Assembly: GCA_964443445.1 (NCBI GenBank)
Contig: CAYUEI010000001.1
Location: 1 to 45,082, forward strand
Direction: 5' to 3'
Length of the DNA stretch: 45,082 nucleotides
DNA from: an uncultured Prolixibacteraceae bacterium
GTDB taxonomy: Bacteria; Bacteroidota; Bacteroidia; Bacteroidales; Prolixibacteraceae
Shown here: piece by piece, positions 1 to 9,515 of the stretch
How positions within the stretch are numbered: position 1 is the first letter of the stretch
How the letters are laid out: every line of letters starts with the position of its first letter
The notes under the pieces: generated by a model
The model's database searches: none
What the model was told of the DNA's origin: nothing
What the model saw: the letters and a program-made list of their open reading frames with translations, nothing else
Translations under genes and position numbers: made by a program

Positions 1-110
1 AATAACAATCAAGTGTTGTACAACTAATCTGAAATTTTATAAAAATTATCTTTTTTACGATTGGTTTTCCTTATATAAAAATTCTTTTATGAGGATTTGA
101 CAAACACGAA

Positions 111-268
111 AAATTACCCGTACAAATAGATACTACATCCGTACCTTATCCGTACCACATCCGTACTTTCTCCCATTATAACAGGAGATACCCCCATTAT
201 AATGGGAGAAAGTACGAATGTGGTACGGATAAGGTAGGTATATAATCAGTTTAGGAATAGGGTAATTT
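111..268. repeat. Long near-perfect hairpin/palindrome whose arms are phased 11-nt tandem repeats
   Basis: Hand pairing: 142-180 pairs with 198-236 (39 bp, one mismatch at 161/217). Loop is 181-197 (17 nt). An outer 9-bp helix joins aaattaccc 111-119 to gggtaattt 260-268. The left arm is catccgtacct/tatccgtacca/catccgtactt (136-168). It lies 26 nt past the 3' end of the minus-strand HMA gene. Confidence 0.8.
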
Positions 269-293
269 GAAGTAAATACGTTGATTAAAATCT

Positions 294-629
294 TTATTGT
301 TTTTCATGTTTAGGTGTGGCTGATGAAACTGCATTTACTGTATCTGCCGGTTCAGCCTTATACCCAATTTTTGAAAAAGCCTTAACGATCTGTTCAATGG
401 TGGTTTTGTCTTCACGGTATGTTATTTCAACCATCTTTTCATCCAGATTCACTTTAAGGTCTGTAACTCCTTTTTCGTAAGAAATGTTATCTTCTATTTT
501 TACCTTACATCCATGGCAATCCATATCGACCTTGAATATTACTGTTTTTTCTTTTTTATTTGCTGCATGTACAAATATTGAAGTAAATACTAAAAGAAAT
601 ACTGCAAATACTGTAATTATTTTTTTCAT
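294..629 (-). CDS. Secreted/periplasmic heavy-metal-associated (HMA) domain protein
   Basis: 111 aa with an N-terminal signal peptide (MKKIITVFAVFLLVFTSIFVHA). CxxC metal-binding motif MDCHGCKVKIE in a ferredoxin-like HMA fold pattern. Sits directly downstream of the TonB-dependent receptor. Confidence 0.8.
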   Translation of the reverse strand: MKKIITVFAVFLLVFTSIFVHAANKKEKTVIFKVDMDCHGCKVKIEDNISYEKGVTDLKVNLDEKMVEITYREDKTTIEQIVKAFSKIGYKAEPADTVNAVSSATPKHEKQ

Positions 630-649
630 GATATGATTAGTTAAATGTT

Positions 650-2857
650 TTATTTATAGCTTTTTATTGTATATCTGACACCTGCATATATTTTTCTTCC
701 ATGAACTGGTCCCCAGATCATCGATCCGTCAAAATTTTCACTCCATGGGTTATCTGCATTTATTATCGGATGATTGATGCTGAAATTCAAGAGATTTTCT
801 GCTCCTGCATATATACTCCAGTTTTTATAATTTCTAGTAATCTGCATGTTATATACATTATATGGTTTGAATTCCTTTTCCCATAATGCATTTGTGATAT
901 CCGGATCAGGCATTCTTCCTCCTCCGTTGAATTGCCCTGTTACATCAAATTGCCATTTGTTTAACCGGGTAGCATAAGAAAGGCTTAACATTCCTTTATA
1001 TCTGCTGGTTAACGGTATTTCTCTAAGTGTTCCGTTGATTGTTTGTTTTACATCATTTAATCTCCATGCTGCATTGATTGTAAATCCTCTGAATACTTCC
1101 CAAAATAATTCTGTTTGAAACGAATTGGAAAATGATTCACCTTCAAGGTTGTAAAAGCTTACTTTACGAGGGTCTTTATCTGTATCTCTGATTATTTGAT
1201 TTTGAAAATCAGTTCTGAAATAATCGATTGTGATATCTATCTTTCTTTTACCTACAGGGATATGCCCAGTTAAGCTGATTCCATAGTTCAATGCCTGCTC
1301 CTGTTTTAAATTATCAGCTATTTCTATTTCTCTTGAACTTGCCAGAAGATAATTGTTTTCGGATAATGGCACAGATGTTCTGTATCCCTTACCTGCTGAA
1401 CCTCTTACCGTGATCCAATCATTGGGGCTCCATTTTGTATGAAACCGGGGAGTTATAAAAAGACCGTAAACACTGCTGTAATCTGCCCTGATTCCTGCAA
1501 GGAAATTAAAATGATCGTGATACTTAAAGTCGTATTGCAAAAATACTCCCGGCACATATTCTTTGTGTGTAATCTTTTTACTTTGCAGGATTTCGTTAAT
1601 TATATCTCCTGAAAATGAAGTCCCTACACTGTAATTGTGCATGTCGTTTTTAATATAACCCTGATAAATAATATTGAGGTAGGCGTTGTACTGAGTCCCC
1701 GAATATTCCTTGTTTCCATATAAAGCTTCCTGATTATGGTAGCTTCCGGAAAGCTGTATGCCTAAGCTGCTGCCCGGCTTGTCAAAGATAAAACCGTTCT
1801 TAGCAAAAATCTCATATCTGTTGGTGTTGATGTTGATGCCATACAGATTGGCTAAGGGATTATCAAAAGCACCACTTTGTCCTGATTTACGGTTTTCACT
1901 AAGTATCTTTATCCCAATTTGTTTGTGCCCTCCATCTTTGCCTTTCAGATTCCACCTGTTTATAAAGTTGATTTGCCTGACATGTGGGATATCAATAAAA
2001 CCATCAGAATCTTCATCAATATCAGATGAGAAATTTTCTGCATGAAGCAAAATCATTGATGACAATTTGTCATTGAGTTTAATTGAAGCATTCAGGTTAG
2101 CTTCTGCCTTTAATGTACTGTTGCCGTAAACATTAACATGAAGCAACTCATTGCCCTCAGGTTTTTTGTATTCAACGTTAATCTGGCCGGATATTGCTTC
2201 GTAACCGTTTATCACAGAAGATGTTCCTTTCGATATTTGTATCGACTCCATCCACGATCCGGGTGTATAACCTAATCCATAAGGAGCAGCTAATCCTCTC
2301 ATCATTGGAATGTTTTCTGAAATGGTTTGTACATATATGCCCGATAATCCTAAAAGCTTAATTTGTTGAGCTCCTGTTACTGCATCAGTGTAGGCTACGT
2401 CAACAGAAGCATTAGTCTCAAAGCTTTCCGACAAATTACAACAAGCAGCTTTCTGTAATTCTGAGGATGTAATTTTTTGAGTATGAATAGGGTTAAGCTT
2501 AGATAAGTGTGCTCCTGGCTGACGCTGAGAAACTAACACTTCTCCCAGTTCCAGGTTTTTTTCAAGTAAGATGAATAATTCGCCGGTTTTATTTTTAATC
2601 GTTACAGTATCAGTGTTATATCCAACAAATGATACTATCAGATTTTTACTTAATGATTCATCGTAGTTAAGTTTGAAAAAGCCATTCTTATCGGTAATGG
2701 TTCCTTTGGTCGTCCCCTGCCAATAAACATTAGCACCGACTAATGGAAGTTCTTTATTCTCTTTTTCCATTACGAAGCCCGATATTGACGGCCCGGAAGA
2801 ATAAAGATTATATGAAATCATTAAAAGAGGCAATAATAAATAAATGAATTTACGCAT
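650..2857 (-). CDS. TonB-dependent outer-membrane receptor with N-terminal carboxypeptidase-regulatory-like domain
   Basis: 735 aa with a signal peptide. CarbopepD_reg-like segment (ISGFVMEKENKELPLVGANVYWQGTTKGTITDKNGFFKL), then plug and beta-barrel, ending in an aromatic-rich terminal strand (KIYAGVRYTIKSYK). Confidence 0.85.
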   Translation of the reverse strand: MRKFIYLLLPLLMISYNLYSSGPSISGFVMEKENKELPLVGANVYWQGTTKGTITDKNGFFKLNYDESLSKNLIVSFVGYNTDTVTIKNKTGELFILLEKNLELGEVLVSQRQPGAHLSKLNPIHTQKITSSELQKAACCNLSESFETNASVDVAYTDAVTGAQQIKLLGLSGIYVQTISENIPMMRGLAAPYGLGYTPGSWMESIQISKGTSSVINGYEAISGQINVEYKKPEGNELLHVNVYGNSTLKAEANLNASIKLNDKLSSMILLHAENFSSDIDEDSDGFIDIPHVRQINFINRWNLKGKDGGHKQIGIKILSENRKSGQSGAFDNPLANLYGININTNRYEIFAKNGFIFDKPGSSLGIQLSGSYHNQEALYGNKEYSGTQYNAYLNIIYQGYIKNDMHNYSVGTSFSGDIINEILQSKKITHKEYVPGVFLQYDFKYHDHFNFLAGIRADYSSVYGLFITPRFHTKWSPNDWITVRGSAGKGYRTSVPLSENNYLLASSREIEIADNLKQEQALNYGISLTGHIPVGKRKIDITIDYFRTDFQNQIIRDTDKDPRKVSFYNLEGESFSNSFQTELFWEVFRGFTINAAWRLNDVKQTINGTLREIPLTSRYKGMLSLSYATRLNKWQFDVTGQFNGGGRMPDPDITNALWEKEFKPYNVYNMQITRNYKNWSIYAGAENLLNFSINHPIINADNPWSENFDGSMIWGPVHGRKIYAGVRYTIKSYK

Positions 2858-2909
2858 TTGTATTAAATTGAAAATAAGACATTTGATTAATTAACTCAAA
2901 GTCTTGTTT

Positions 2910-3350
2910 TCAATTTCTGAAGATACAGATTTTGGTAAGGATTGTTTTGCCCGTTTGTATTATAATGTGATTGTCAGAAGAGAATATTTTATTTGTTATG
3001 GGCTCAATAATTTTATTGAGTGTAACGTTAATAATATCAATGATAGGGAAATAAAGAATTTTGAAGATATCTTTTACTTCAGACGAGTCGTATTTCAATT
3101 GGACCCAAATTTTTTCTGAATGATGTAAATTGCAATCATGAATTCCTGATACCCTACAGTATTGGCTTTCAGTTTTAGCTCCTTCAGGGCAGTTACATGA
3201 AAAATCATCTTCGGAGGGGATAAGGGAAATTTTTGCATGTTCATGATTACAATCAGTGCAGAATGTATCGACAACATTAAACCCTATTGTTGAGATCAAT
3301 ATCAACAATAAAAGAAAAAATGAGATTTTATTTCTTAAAACAGGTTTCAA
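2910..3350 (-). CDS. Membrane-anchored Cys/His-rich hypothetical protein (possible metal-binding partner of the receptor)
   Basis: 146 aa with an N-terminal TM/signal anchor (ISFFLLLLILISTIGF). Clustered Cys/His follow: FCTDCNHEH, FSCNCPEG, CRVSGIHDCNLHH. First gene of the three-gene minus-strand cluster. Confidence 0.55.
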   Translation of the reverse strand: MKPVLRNKISFFLLLLILISTIGFNVVDTFCTDCNHEHAKISLIPSEDDFSCNCPEGAKTESQYCRVSGIHDCNLHHSEKIWVQLKYDSSEVKDIFKILYFPIIDIINVTLNKIIEPITNKIFSSDNHIIIQTGKTILTKICIFRN

Positions 3351-3651
3351 TTATTGTGTTTTTTATAATAAGACAAAATTGTATGGTTTTATGCAAACAA
3401 ACAAGTATGCTGTGGTTAAAGTTTTGTTAAAAAACCAAATAAGGATTTTTAATTTTTCTGTAACAAATAATTAAGTTAATACGTCAAAAAAAGAGTTTAA
3501 AAAATGTAATAAAAATATTTAATCGATACTAATCAGTAAAAAAAGGTAATAACCGATAAAAATCATCAGTTCGTCTATAATAATTGAATTTTTTTCAAGT
3601 AAATGACTGACTTTTGATGCGTTGTTCAAAGTCAGACAATTTTAAATAGCC

Positions 3652-4377
3652 ATGATAACAATTAAAGATCTACACAAATCTTATTACACGGGTTCAAACA
3701 GTCTTCATGTATTAAAAGGAATTTCGCTGGATGTAAAAAAAGGAGAATTTGTTTCAATTATGGGATCTTCAGGTTCCGGGAAATCTACTCTGCTTAATAT
3801 TCTTGGTATTCTTGATAATTATGATGAAGGTTCTTATGAGCTTGATGGAAAGCTCGTAAGGAATATGAGCGAAAAGCACGCCGCTAAATACAGAAACGAA
3901 ACACTTGGATTTATATTTCAATCGTTCAATCTGATATCGTTTAAGAATGCAATGGAAAATGTAGCATTGCCTTTGTATTATCAGGGAGTTCCCCGCAAGA
4001 AAAGAAATAAAATTGCTTTGGAATATCTCGATAAATTCGGACTTCTTGGTTGGGCTGATCATTTACCTAATGAATTGTCGGGCGGACAAAAACAACGTGT
4101 TGCCATAGCACGGGCACTGATATCAAATCCAAAGGTTATTCTTGCTGATGAACCAACGGGTGCTCTTGATACTCACACTTCATACGAAGTAATGGAAATT
4201 CTGAAAAGTATTAACAAGGATGGTAAAACAATCATCATTGTGACTCACGAGCACGATATAGCAGCAATGACTGATAAGATCGTCAAGCTAAGTGATGGTG
4301 TCATTGGAGACATGATAGTCAACGGAGACCTTGCTTCGTTCAAGAAAAATTACGCAAAAGACGCTGCAATTCTCTAA
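3652..4377 (+). CDS. ABC transporter ATP-binding protein, MacB/LolD-type
   Basis: Walker [10 protein letters not shown], signature [15 protein letters not shown], Walker [13 protein letters not shown]-loop VTHE. 241 aa. Confidence 0.93.
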   Translation: MITIKDLHKSYYTGSNSLHVLKGISLDVKKGEFVSIMGSSGSGKSTLLNILGILDNYDEGSYELDGKLVRNMSEKHAAKYRNETLGFIFQSFNLISFKNAMENVALPLYYQGVPRKKRNKIALEYLDKFGLLGWADHLPNELSGGQKQRVAIARALISNPKVILADEPTGALDTHTSYEVMEILKSINKDGKTIIIVTHEHDIAAMTDKIVKLSDGVIGDMIVNGDLASFKKNYAKDAAIL

Positions 4378-4380
4378 GCT

Positions 4381-5652
4381 ATGTTTGATCTAGATAAATG
4401 GCAGGAAATATTCAGTACGATTCGCAAGAATAAGCTTCGTACTATATTAACCGGTTTCTCGGTCGCCTGGGGTATATTTATGCTTATGATACTACTGGGT
4501 TCAGGAAACGGATTAAGCAATGGCGTTAGCTCCAATTTCGAGGGGAGTGCCATAAATGCAATGTGGATTTGGAGCAGGGAGACCAGCGAACCTTATGCAG
4601 GTTATAAATCTGGCAGAAGGATTCAATTCACAATGGACGACCTTGATGAAATTAAGAAATTAGATAATATTGATAAGATTTCAGCTCGTTACTGGATCGG
4701 TGACAGGGTTTATTCTTATAATAACGAATATGGCTCTTTTCAAACTCAATCTTGTCATCCTGATTATATTTATATAGAGAACTTTATCATAAAACAGGGA
4801 CGTTTCCTTAACGATTTAGATATGGAAAACGACCGTAAGGTTATTGTTATTGGTGAAGATATAAGAAAAGCCTTGTTTAAGGGTATGGACCCGATAGGTC
4901 AGTTTATCAAAGTTGGCGATATTCCATTTAAAGTTATTGGTGTATATAATGAGAAAGATGCGAGAGAAGGTACACGTCAGGGGCTGATACCTATTTCAAC
5001 TGCTCAGCGCTTGTTTAATGCAGGTAAAAATATCCATAACATTGCTCTTACAACTACTGATGTTTCAAAAAAGGAAAGCCAGCAAATAGAACAGGATATC
5101 AAAGATCTTCTGGCAAAGAGACATAAATATGATCCTAAAGACGAGAAAGCCATTGGATTATATAACTCTCTGGAAGATTATATAGAGACTATGAATATTT
5201 TCAAGGCAATAAAGATGTTCGTATGGCTTATTGGTATAGGTACATTGATTGCCGGGATAGTCGGTGTCAGCAATATAATGTTGATTGTTGTTAAAGAAAG
5301 GACTAAGGAGATTGGTATTAGAAAAGCTCTTGGAGCGACACCTTCATCTATTATTGGACTAATACTTCTTGAATCTGTAATGATTACTGCATTAGCTGGT
5401 TATATTGGAATGTTCCTTGGGATCAGCATCATGGAAGGGATTAATTTTGTTATGGAGCAACAGGCTGCGCAATCTGCAGTTCAGAATAATAATGATCAGG
5501 GACAAATGACAATGTTCCTGAACCCGACTGTTGACCTCAAGATAGCTGTCAGTTCTATGCTTCTGCTTGTTGCTGCCGGAACGATGGCAGGTTATTTCCC
5601 CGCTAAAAGGGCTGCTTCTATTAAGCCGATTGTAGCGTTACATGATGAATAA
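4381..5652 (+). CDS. ABC transporter permease, MacB periplasmic-core + FtsX family (paralog 1)
   Basis: 423 aa. N-terminal TM, large periplasmic domain, C-terminal FtsX-like 3-TM block (ERTKEIGIRKALGAT). Start is 3 nt after the ATPase stop. Confidence 0.9.
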   Translation: MFDLDKWQEIFSTIRKNKLRTILTGFSVAWGIFMLMILLGSGNGLSNGVSSNFEGSAINAMWIWSRETSEPYAGYKSGRRIQFTMDDLDEIKKLDNIDKISARYWIGDRVYSYNNEYGSFQTQSCHPDYIYIENFIIKQGRFLNDLDMENDRKVIVIGEDIRKALFKGMDPIGQFIKVGDIPFKVIGVYNEKDAREGTRQGLIPISTAQRLFNAGKNIHNIALTTTDVSKKESQQIEQDIKDLLAKRHKYDPKDEKAIGLYNSLEDYIETMNIFKAIKMFVWLIGIGTLIAGIVGVSNIMLIVVKERTKEIGIRKALGATPSSIIGLILLESVMITALAGYIGMFLGISIMEGINFVMEQQAAQSAVQNNNDQGQMTMFLNPTVDLKIAVSSMLLLVAAGTMAGYFPAKRAASIKPIVALHDE

Positions 5653-5671
5653 TTTTTAAAAAGTTAATGCT

Positions 5672-6940
5672 ATGTTTGATTTAGATCGTTGGAACGAAAT
5701 ATTAAGTGCCCTGAAGAAAAATAAGCTTCGCAGTTTTCTTACAGCTTTTGGAGTATTTTGGGGGATTTTCATGCTGATAGTCATGGCCGGAGCAGGCAAT
5801 GGATTACAGCACGGTATAACTGATGGGGTAGGGCAGGTAGCTACCAATTCATTTTTCATGTGGACAGAAAGAACCGGAGAACCTTATAAGGGTTTTCTGA
5901 GAGGTCGTTTCTGGGATTTCAGTAATGAAGATGTAGAATATATTAAAAAAAATATACCTGAAGCTGATGTTGTTTCTCCCCGCCTTTTTGGGCACTGGCT
6001 CAGCGGTAATAATACCGTTAGGGGCGAAAACACCGGATCTTTCAATATTAAAGGAGATTATCCGCAATGGAATAAGATAGATCCTGTTGATGTTCTTAAT
6101 GGAAGATGGTTAAATGAAATAGATATATTACAAAAAAGAAAAGTTTGCGTAATTGGAGAAAAGGTACTTGAACAAATGTTTGAAAAAGATGAGGATCCTA
6201 TTGGTAAGTACTTACGTGTTAGTGGAGTTTATTATCAGGTTGTGGGTGTTATTCATCCTGTTTCAAGTATTAATATGAATGGGAGGACTGAAGAAAGCAT
6301 TTTCCTTCCCTTTACAACTATGCAGGCAGCATATAATTACGGTAATTCAGTACATGTGCTTGGTGTTACTACCAAAAAAGGGAACAGCGCGTCTCTGGTT
6401 GAAGAAAAGGTGATGGCTGCCATTAAGGAAAGACATTCAATAGCACCTTCCGATATTCAGGCAATAGGTCATGTGAATCTTGAAAAACAATTTAAGATGT
6501 TTTCTTCATTATTTATAGGGATACAGATTTTAACATGGATCGTGGGAATTGGAACCCTCCTTGCCGGTGTTATAGGCGTGAGTAATATTATGCTTGTTAT
6601 CATTAAGGAAAGAACACAGGAAATAGGAGTTATGAGGGCAATTGGTGCTACACCCTGGAAAGTAATTTCCCAGATTATAATGGAAAGCGTTTTTCTTACA
6701 ACTCTTGCAGGTTATTTAGGACTTTTTTCAGGCATTCTTCTTTTGGAGGGCGCAAACAAACTCCTTGAGATGGCTGCGAAGAACGGAGGAGACGGTATTT
6801 TTATCAAGAACCCGGAAATCAATTTCGGTGTTGCTGTTGCATGTCTGATGATTTTAATAATATCAGGAGCAATAGCAGGATATCTGCCGGCAAAAAGGGC
6901 TGTTGAAATTAAACCTATTGATGCTCTCAGAGCTGAATAG
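5672..6940 (+). CDS. ABC transporter permease, MacB periplasmic-core + FtsX family (paralog 2)
   Basis: 422 aa, collinear with the preceding permease (MFDLDRWNEI vs MFDLDKWQEI; ERTQEIGVMRAIGAT). Confidence 0.9.
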   Translation: MFDLDRWNEILSALKKNKLRSFLTAFGVFWGIFMLIVMAGAGNGLQHGITDGVGQVATNSFFMWTERTGEPYKGFLRGRFWDFSNEDVEYIKKNIPEADVVSPRLFGHWLSGNNTVRGENTGSFNIKGDYPQWNKIDPVDVLNGRWLNEIDILQKRKVCVIGEKVLEQMFEKDEDPIGKYLRVSGVYYQVVGVIHPVSSINMNGRTEESIFLPFTTMQAAYNYGNSVHVLGVTTKKGNSASLVEEKVMAAIKERHSIAPSDIQAIGHVNLEKQFKMFSSLFIGIQILTWIVGIGTLLAGVIGVSNIMLVIIKERTQEIGVMRAIGATPWKVISQIIMESVFLTTLAGYLGLFSGILLLEGANKLLEMAAKNGGDGIFIKNPEINFGVAVACLMILIISGAIAGYLPAKRAVEIKPIDALRAE

Positions 6941-6976
6941 TTAACTTGAATCAATTAAATTAAAATATAATAAGTC

Positions 6977-8098
6977 ATGAAAAAATTCTTTAAAATCTTC
7001 GGAATAGTGTTTCTGATAGTTTTATTTATCGGCACTTTCTATTTTCTTTATTCTAAATCAAAAAAACAACCTGATCAGTTTAAGGTAGAAACGCCAAAAA
7101 TTGACAATATAATCAAGAAAACAGTAGCAACAGGTTCGGTTGTACCCCGTAAGGAAATTGAGATTAAACCTCAGGTTTCAGGTATCATTGAAGAGGTATA
7201 TCTAGAAGCAGGGCAAATGGTTAAAAATGGTGATATCATTGCTAAAGTTAAAATCATCCCTGATATGCTTAGCCTTAATAATGCTGAGTCAAGAGTAAAT
7301 CAGTCAAGGCTTAACTATGAAGATGCAAAGATTGATTACGAAAGGCAAACCAGTCTTTATGAAAAGAAAGTTATTGCTTATGAAGAATATCAGAAATCGC
7401 AGCTGGCATACAACACCGCCCGTGAGGAACTTGCTTCATCGGAGAACAACCTTGAGCTTATAAAGAAAGGTGTAACTAAAAAATCGGAAAAGACTACAAA
7501 TACCCTTATTCGTTCAACTATTAACGGTATGCTCCTCGATGTACCTATTGAAGTTGGAAATTCAGTTATACAGGCCAATACCTTCAATGCAGGTACAACA
7601 ATAGCCATCGTTGCCGATATGGGTGATATGATTTTTGAAGGTAAGGTTGATGAAACAGAGGTTGGCAAAATCAAAGAAGGCATGGATATAATTCTTACAA
7701 TTGGAGCTATAGACACGGAAGAATTTGCTGCAGTCCTTACCTATCTTTCTCCAAAGGGAGTTGAAGAGAACGGTGCTATTCAGTTTCAAATTAAAGCTGA
7801 TGTTAAGCTAAAAGAGGGTCAGTTTATCAGGGCAGGATACAGTGCCAATGCAAGTATAGTACTGGAAAAAAGAGACAGTGTTATGGTAATTCCAGAATCT
7901 ATTGTAAAGTTTGAAAAAGACTCAGCATATGTTGAAGTAGAAACAGAACCACAGAAGTTTGTAAAGCGTGATATTAAAGTAGGTTTATCTGATGGATTGA
8001 ATATTGAAATTGTTGAAGGTCTTAAAATGGAAGACAAAATCAAAGCTGAAAAGATAGATCCAAAAGCGATTAAGACTGCTGCTGCGGAAACTAAATAA
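6977..8098 (+). CDS. Efflux periplasmic adaptor (HlyD/MacA membrane-fusion family)
   Basis: 373 aa. N-terminal anchor, lipoyl-like hairpin (VKNGDIIAKV), coiled-coil region and beta-barrel domain. Operon position between the permeases and TolC. Confidence 0.88.
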   Translation: MKKFFKIFGIVFLIVLFIGTFYFLYSKSKKQPDQFKVETPKIDNIIKKTVATGSVVPRKEIEIKPQVSGIIEEVYLEAGQMVKNGDIIAKVKIIPDMLSLNNAESRVNQSRLNYEDAKIDYERQTSLYEKKVIAYEEYQKSQLAYNTAREELASSENNLELIKKGVTKKSEKTTNTLIRSTINGMLLDVPIEVGNSVIQANTFNAGTTIAIVADMGDMIFEGKVDETEVGKIKEGMDIILTIGAIDTEEFAAVLTYLSPKGVEENGAIQFQIKADVKLKEGQFIRAGYSANASIVLEKRDSVMVIPESIVKFEKDSAYVEVETEPQKFVKRDIKVGLSDGLNIEIVEGLKMEDKIKAEKIDPKAIKTAAAETK

Positions 8099-8127
8099 TA
8101 TAAGCCATAAATAAAAAAGAAAAAATC

Positions 8128-9447
8128 ATGAAGAAATTCTTAATGATAGTTATATCAGGGCTTATATTTATCAATGTAAACGCCCAGGAAAAATGGTCCT
8201 TGCAAAAGTGTATTGATTATGCTCAGACTAATAATATTGTCATAAAGCAATATGAGATCAATACCAAATATCAGGAAAATGAACTAATGCAAAGCAAGAA
8301 CAACCGATTACCGGGAGTAAATGCCAATCTTTCACAGGATTTCAGTTTCGGTCGTTCAGAACAGCTTGATGGAACCTACAGATCAAGAAATACTATGAAT
8401 ACTTCATTGTCTCTTGGAACCAATGTTGTTGTATATAATGGAGGCCGTTTGAAAAACACTATTGTTCAGCAGGATTATGAACTAAAGAAAAGTCTTGAAA
8501 ATTTAAAGAAGGCGAAGGATGATGTAACTCTTAATATTACTTCAGGTTATCTTGACATTCTTTTTGCCAAAGAAATAATAAAGGTTTCTGAAGCACAGGT
8601 TGAAACTACAAAGCTTCAGATTAAAAGAACTGAAGAACTTGTTAATGCAGGTAAACTTGCTCCTGGTGCACTTCTTGAGCTGCAATCACAGCTTGCAAGT
8701 GAAGAACTGGAAATTGTGAACCGTCAGAATGCCCTTCAGATTTATCTTTTAAATCTGGCACAGGTGCTTGAACTGGAAAACTATACAAACTTCGACATAG
8801 TAACTCCTGAATTACCTGAATTGAGTGCTGTTGCTTCAGTTTCATCATCATCTCAGGTTTATGACAAGGCGATTGAGAATCGCCCTGAAATAAAAAGTGC
8901 AGAATACCAGCTTAAAAGTTCAGAAGTACAGCTTAAGATTGCAAATAGCGGGTTATATCCTACATTATCAGCTTCTGCAGGTATTGGTGATAACTATTTC
9001 AATATGAATGATGTAAAAAATGAAGGGTTAGGTAAACAACTTCTCGACAATCATGGGGAATATATTGGTGTTGGTTTGAATATTCCTATTTTCAGTAAGT
9101 TTCAAAATAAAACAAATATTGAAAACTCAAAGTTGCAGGTTGAAAACCGCAAACTTGAGCTTGAAAGTGCAAAGAAAGACCTAAGAAAGCAAATTGAGCA
9201 GGCCTACACTAGTGCTGTCGCTGCTTTGAAGAGGTATAATTCGAGCATGGTTGCTGTTAATTCAATGAAAGAATCATTTCGCTATGTTGAGGAAAAGTTT
9301 TCTGCAGGGAGGGTAAATTCGGTTGAATATAACGATTCAAAATCAAGATTGGCAATAGCTGAGTCGCAGTTAATACAGGCTAAATATGATTTTTTATTCA
9401 GGACTAAGATTCTTGATTTCTATAATGGAATACCAATAGAGCTATAA
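8128..9447 (+). CDS. TolC-family outer-membrane efflux protein
   Basis: 439 aa with a signal peptide. Two internal repeats of the TolC helix/strand pattern. Typical N-terminus (WSLQKCIDYAQTNNIVIKQ) and C-terminus (AKYDFLFRTKILDFY). Confidence 0.9.
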   Translation: MKKFLMIVISGLIFINVNAQEKWSLQKCIDYAQTNNIVIKQYEINTKYQENELMQSKNNRLPGVNANLSQDFSFGRSEQLDGTYRSRNTMNTSLSLGTNVVVYNGGRLKNTIVQQDYELKKSLENLKKAKDDVTLNITSGYLDILFAKEIIKVSEAQVETTKLQIKRTEELVNAGKLAPGALLELQSQLASEELEIVNRQNALQIYLLNLAQVLELENYTNFDIVTPELPELSAVASVSSSSQVYDKAIENRPEIKSAEYQLKSSEVQLKIANSGLYPTLSASAGIGDNYFNMNDVKNEGLGKQLLDNHGEYIGVGLNIPIFSKFQNKTNIENSKLQVENRKLELESAKKDLRKQIEQAYTSAVAALKRYNSSMVAVNSMKESFRYVEEKFSAGRVNSVEYNDSKSRLAIAESQLIQAKYDFLFRTKILDFYNGIPIEL

Positions 9448-9480
9448 GGCGTTTTTTATAATAATAAGGTTTGTAGACGA

Positions 9481-9515
9481 AGCCGGTCATTCTGAAAAGG
9501 ATGGCTGGCTTTTTA
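9481..9515 (+). terminator. Rho-independent terminator of the efflux operon
   Basis: 12-bp stem 9481-9492/9499-9510 (including 3 G-U pairs), loop tgaaaa, then a T-run from 9510 to 9514. Confidence 0.6.

Noticed and set aside
3607-3635. 8-bp hairpin (ctgacttt/aaagtcag, 13-nt loop) immediately upstream of the ABC ATPase start codon.
   Set aside because: Short and AT-rich, with no flanking conserved motif I can recognise. Not enough to call a riboswitch or attenuator.
3652-9447. The five-gene efflux operon considered as a novel system.
   Set aside because: It is a canonical MacAB-TolC-type tripartite pump arrangement that is widespread in Bacteroidota.
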